DNA from: Girardia tigrina
Lineage: Eukaryota
Reading direction: 5' to 3'
Assembly (NCBI GenBank): GCA_001938485.1
Contig: MQRK01190104.1
Span: 1-64,000, forward strand
Length of the DNA: 64,000 nucleotides
Below are positions 61,826 through 64,000 of the stretch, in pieces. Within the stretch, counting starts at the first letter, position 1; every line of letters begins with the position of its first letter. The notes beneath the pieces are model-generated. The model searched no databases. It was not told the DNA's origin and worked only from the letters and a program-made list of their open reading frames with translations. A program made the position numbers and the translations under genes.

Positions 61826-62607
61826 GTTCGAGACCCTGAACTCCCCAATAACACCGCCACCCCACACGCCTTGAGCCTTTGGGAAGAACGTAAGTTGGTT
61901 GTAGTCTAACTTGACTGCAACCATCATGTGTAAATAAGGCCCCAGGAACACGCGAAGCGACAGCCGAAATTGAAAAGCCATTATCCACGATGCATGTTAA
62001 GATTGGATATGAACAAAAAAAATTAAAAAAGGGAAATAATTAAATCAAAATTTCCAAAAAGGTCCAAAAAACTCACCCGAAAGCGATTGGAATATTACGA
62101 TAGCGACATTCACGACTCTAAAGAGAACCCCTTCGCAACCCACACCCCGTACGCTCGAGGCCTTTAAAGAAGATTGTGAGGATAGTCTAGCTCGACTATC
62201 CTCGATTAGTTTTAGAATGGCCCCGAGCGTGTTAGGGTTGAGAGTAGACGAGGGGTTCCCCTGGTTCCTTCCAAAAACCCCTAGCAATCTCCCGAAACTC
62301 CTTTGAGGCCTTCTAGAAACGAAACAAAAAATTAATGAACTTTAATTAATTAATTAAAATATTACCCAAATAATTCACCCGAGATAAGGAGACAGTGGGT
62401 GGTCGACCTATAGATATGAAGATAAGAAATCTTCCACTTCATCAGATAAAATCATGCTTACCTGCAAACATTCCAGTAGAAAGGTTCATCCTGGCGCCTT
62501 CTTTCGTCTCGGGTGCAAATCGGCGAGTATATAAATGCCGATGATTCCCAGCACGCATTCATTGATTTTTGCACACAGTTTTTGAAATAATTGACGACCG
62601 TTTTCAT
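61826..62607 (-). CDS. Putative spliced gene of unknown function (4 exons visible)
   Basis: Exons 62607-62462, 62407-62366, 62312-62077 and 61914-61826 give 171 open codons; introns of 54, 53 and 162 nt with GTAAGC, GTAATA and GTGAGT donors; no homology recognised. Confidence 0.4.
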
Positions 62608-62973
62608 ACGATCCGACAATTTTATAATTTTACCATTTTGGCAACAATTTTGAGACAATTTATTTGACAACAAGTTATTTCGGAGGTACGATTCATTATT
62701 GGTTTCATTTATTTATTTTATTTTATTTTATTTATGCTTAGTGTTATTTTGTCTAATTTATTGCAATTGATTTCGGTTCTTAAACTTTTCCTTTTCATTA
62801 GTCCATTGTTTAATTTTGATATAATTTTGATCGAATTTTGATTATCAAAAGAGAAAATAAAAAATTTATCGGTTAATATGGTCTTATTCGGATTCATCTT
62901 TTAAAAATGTTTTATTCTAATGTCGACTATGTTTTAACGTCGAGAATCAAATTGTTGGGATCGACTCCATTCA

Positions 62974-63095
62974 CTATGAGAATTGAAGTTGTCGACCCAG
63001 GTGAGCACGGATACGACGGAGGTTCGTCTCCGCATCCAAGGGATCGAGAGGTGCGGTCCTTGGACCCGGACACGTAACCGGTTCGTATGTGGGTC
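62974..63095 (-). CDS. Possible terminal exon of an upstream gene
   Basis: TTTACAG acceptor then PTYEPVTCPGPRTAPLDPLDAETNLRRIRAHLGRQLQFS*; GC-rich island. Confidence 0.35.
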
Positions 63096-64000
63096 CTGTA
63101 AATAATTTATGTTAACGAGATTTATGTAAATAACTACGATAGATTATAATTGTTTTAATTTAATTATTTTATCATCCTCTCTTTTAATAATTGTGAATGA
63201 TTATAATCGTTATTATTATTAACTATAGGTAATTGTAATTTTTATTGATTATTAAATAATTAAAATATCTAATATCCAACAAAATGTTTATTATTTTAGA
63301 ATACATGTTAATCGATTTAGAAATTATTTTTTAGCTTCAGTTTTGAGAAGTTTGTTCAGAATTTGATTTGAAAATTTCTTTGAAAAAAAATATATATTGA
63401 TGTCTTCTAATGGGCATTTTGGAAATATTTGTATAGTGAAAACATTTACTATCAATTTTTAATAAATATAACTTTTAATTTAATATTTTATTAAATCTTT
63501 AATCATTTTGTATAATTTTTGATTTAAAAAGGAAGTATTAAGTGATTTTATAGAACAATTTAAGCGTGAATTATTATTTAAATATATTTTGAAAGATTTG
63601 TGGATTAAATTTAATAAAAGACTTTTGATATACTTCGAGCTTTATCTATCTAATGTTAAAACAAAAAGAAAATCATCATTTTTTGTTATATTCCCTAGAC
63701 AAAGTATCCCCTAGATAATACGCATTTTCCATTTTGGGCGTAAAATTTGAGAACATAAAAATATGTTTTACTAGGTGCGCTGTGGTTGTATAAAATTATA
63801 AGATTTGCGTTCACACATTGCGCTACAAGATTTTGGATCTTCAGTAGTGGTAAAAAGGCGCATATTCGAGGGAATAATATTCCATGCATTTATCTTTCGT
63901 TAGAAATAAGAGGCCCCTTAAATTAAAGTAGTGTGCAATTGTAATTAATTAAATTATAACTAATGCCTTAATTTTTATTGGTACTGTTAAATTGTTACAT

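Noticed and set aside
62231-62239. Calling this telomerase RNA
   Set aside because: The template-like 9-mer appears paired within the rod, and I could not identify a pseudoknot, CR4/5 or H/ACA domain; kept only as a test in the findings.

Overview
This is an AT-rich eukaryotic (divergent invertebrate-like) scaffold with N-gaps, and it reads with the standard genetic code. It is not a prokaryotic window. The backbone is one intact 13-exon minus-strand gene (43124 to 4521, 489 aa) for a Rab11-FIP3/4 (Nuf-like) protein, which I assembled by hand with all splice phases consistent. It has eight 45-91 nt introns and four TE-filled introns of 2-15 kb. Inside and around it are mostly decayed mobile elements: Ty3/gypsy pol fragments and solo LTRs, mariner/Tc1/maT/pogo elements, MULE, hAT and Helitron remnants, TTAA-type MITEs, RTE- and RLE-type LINE fragments, and Penelope-like elements with hammerhead ribozymes. 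The most unusual items are: (i) a TIR-bounded Tc1/IS630-like element (36429-39052) carrying an 18S rRNA fragment and an RLE retroelement that is itself split by a solo LTR; (ii) a nested intronless 732-aa orphan ORF with 4 x 58-aa repeats; (iii) several isolated 5' fragments of host genes (CSPP1-like, RasGEF REM-like, SEPT7-like), one with a circularly permuted duplication; (iv) recurrent foldback structures at element ends; and (v) a spliced minus-strand transcript whose third exon folds into a ~140-nt rod. All homology calls come from motif recognition, not database searches.
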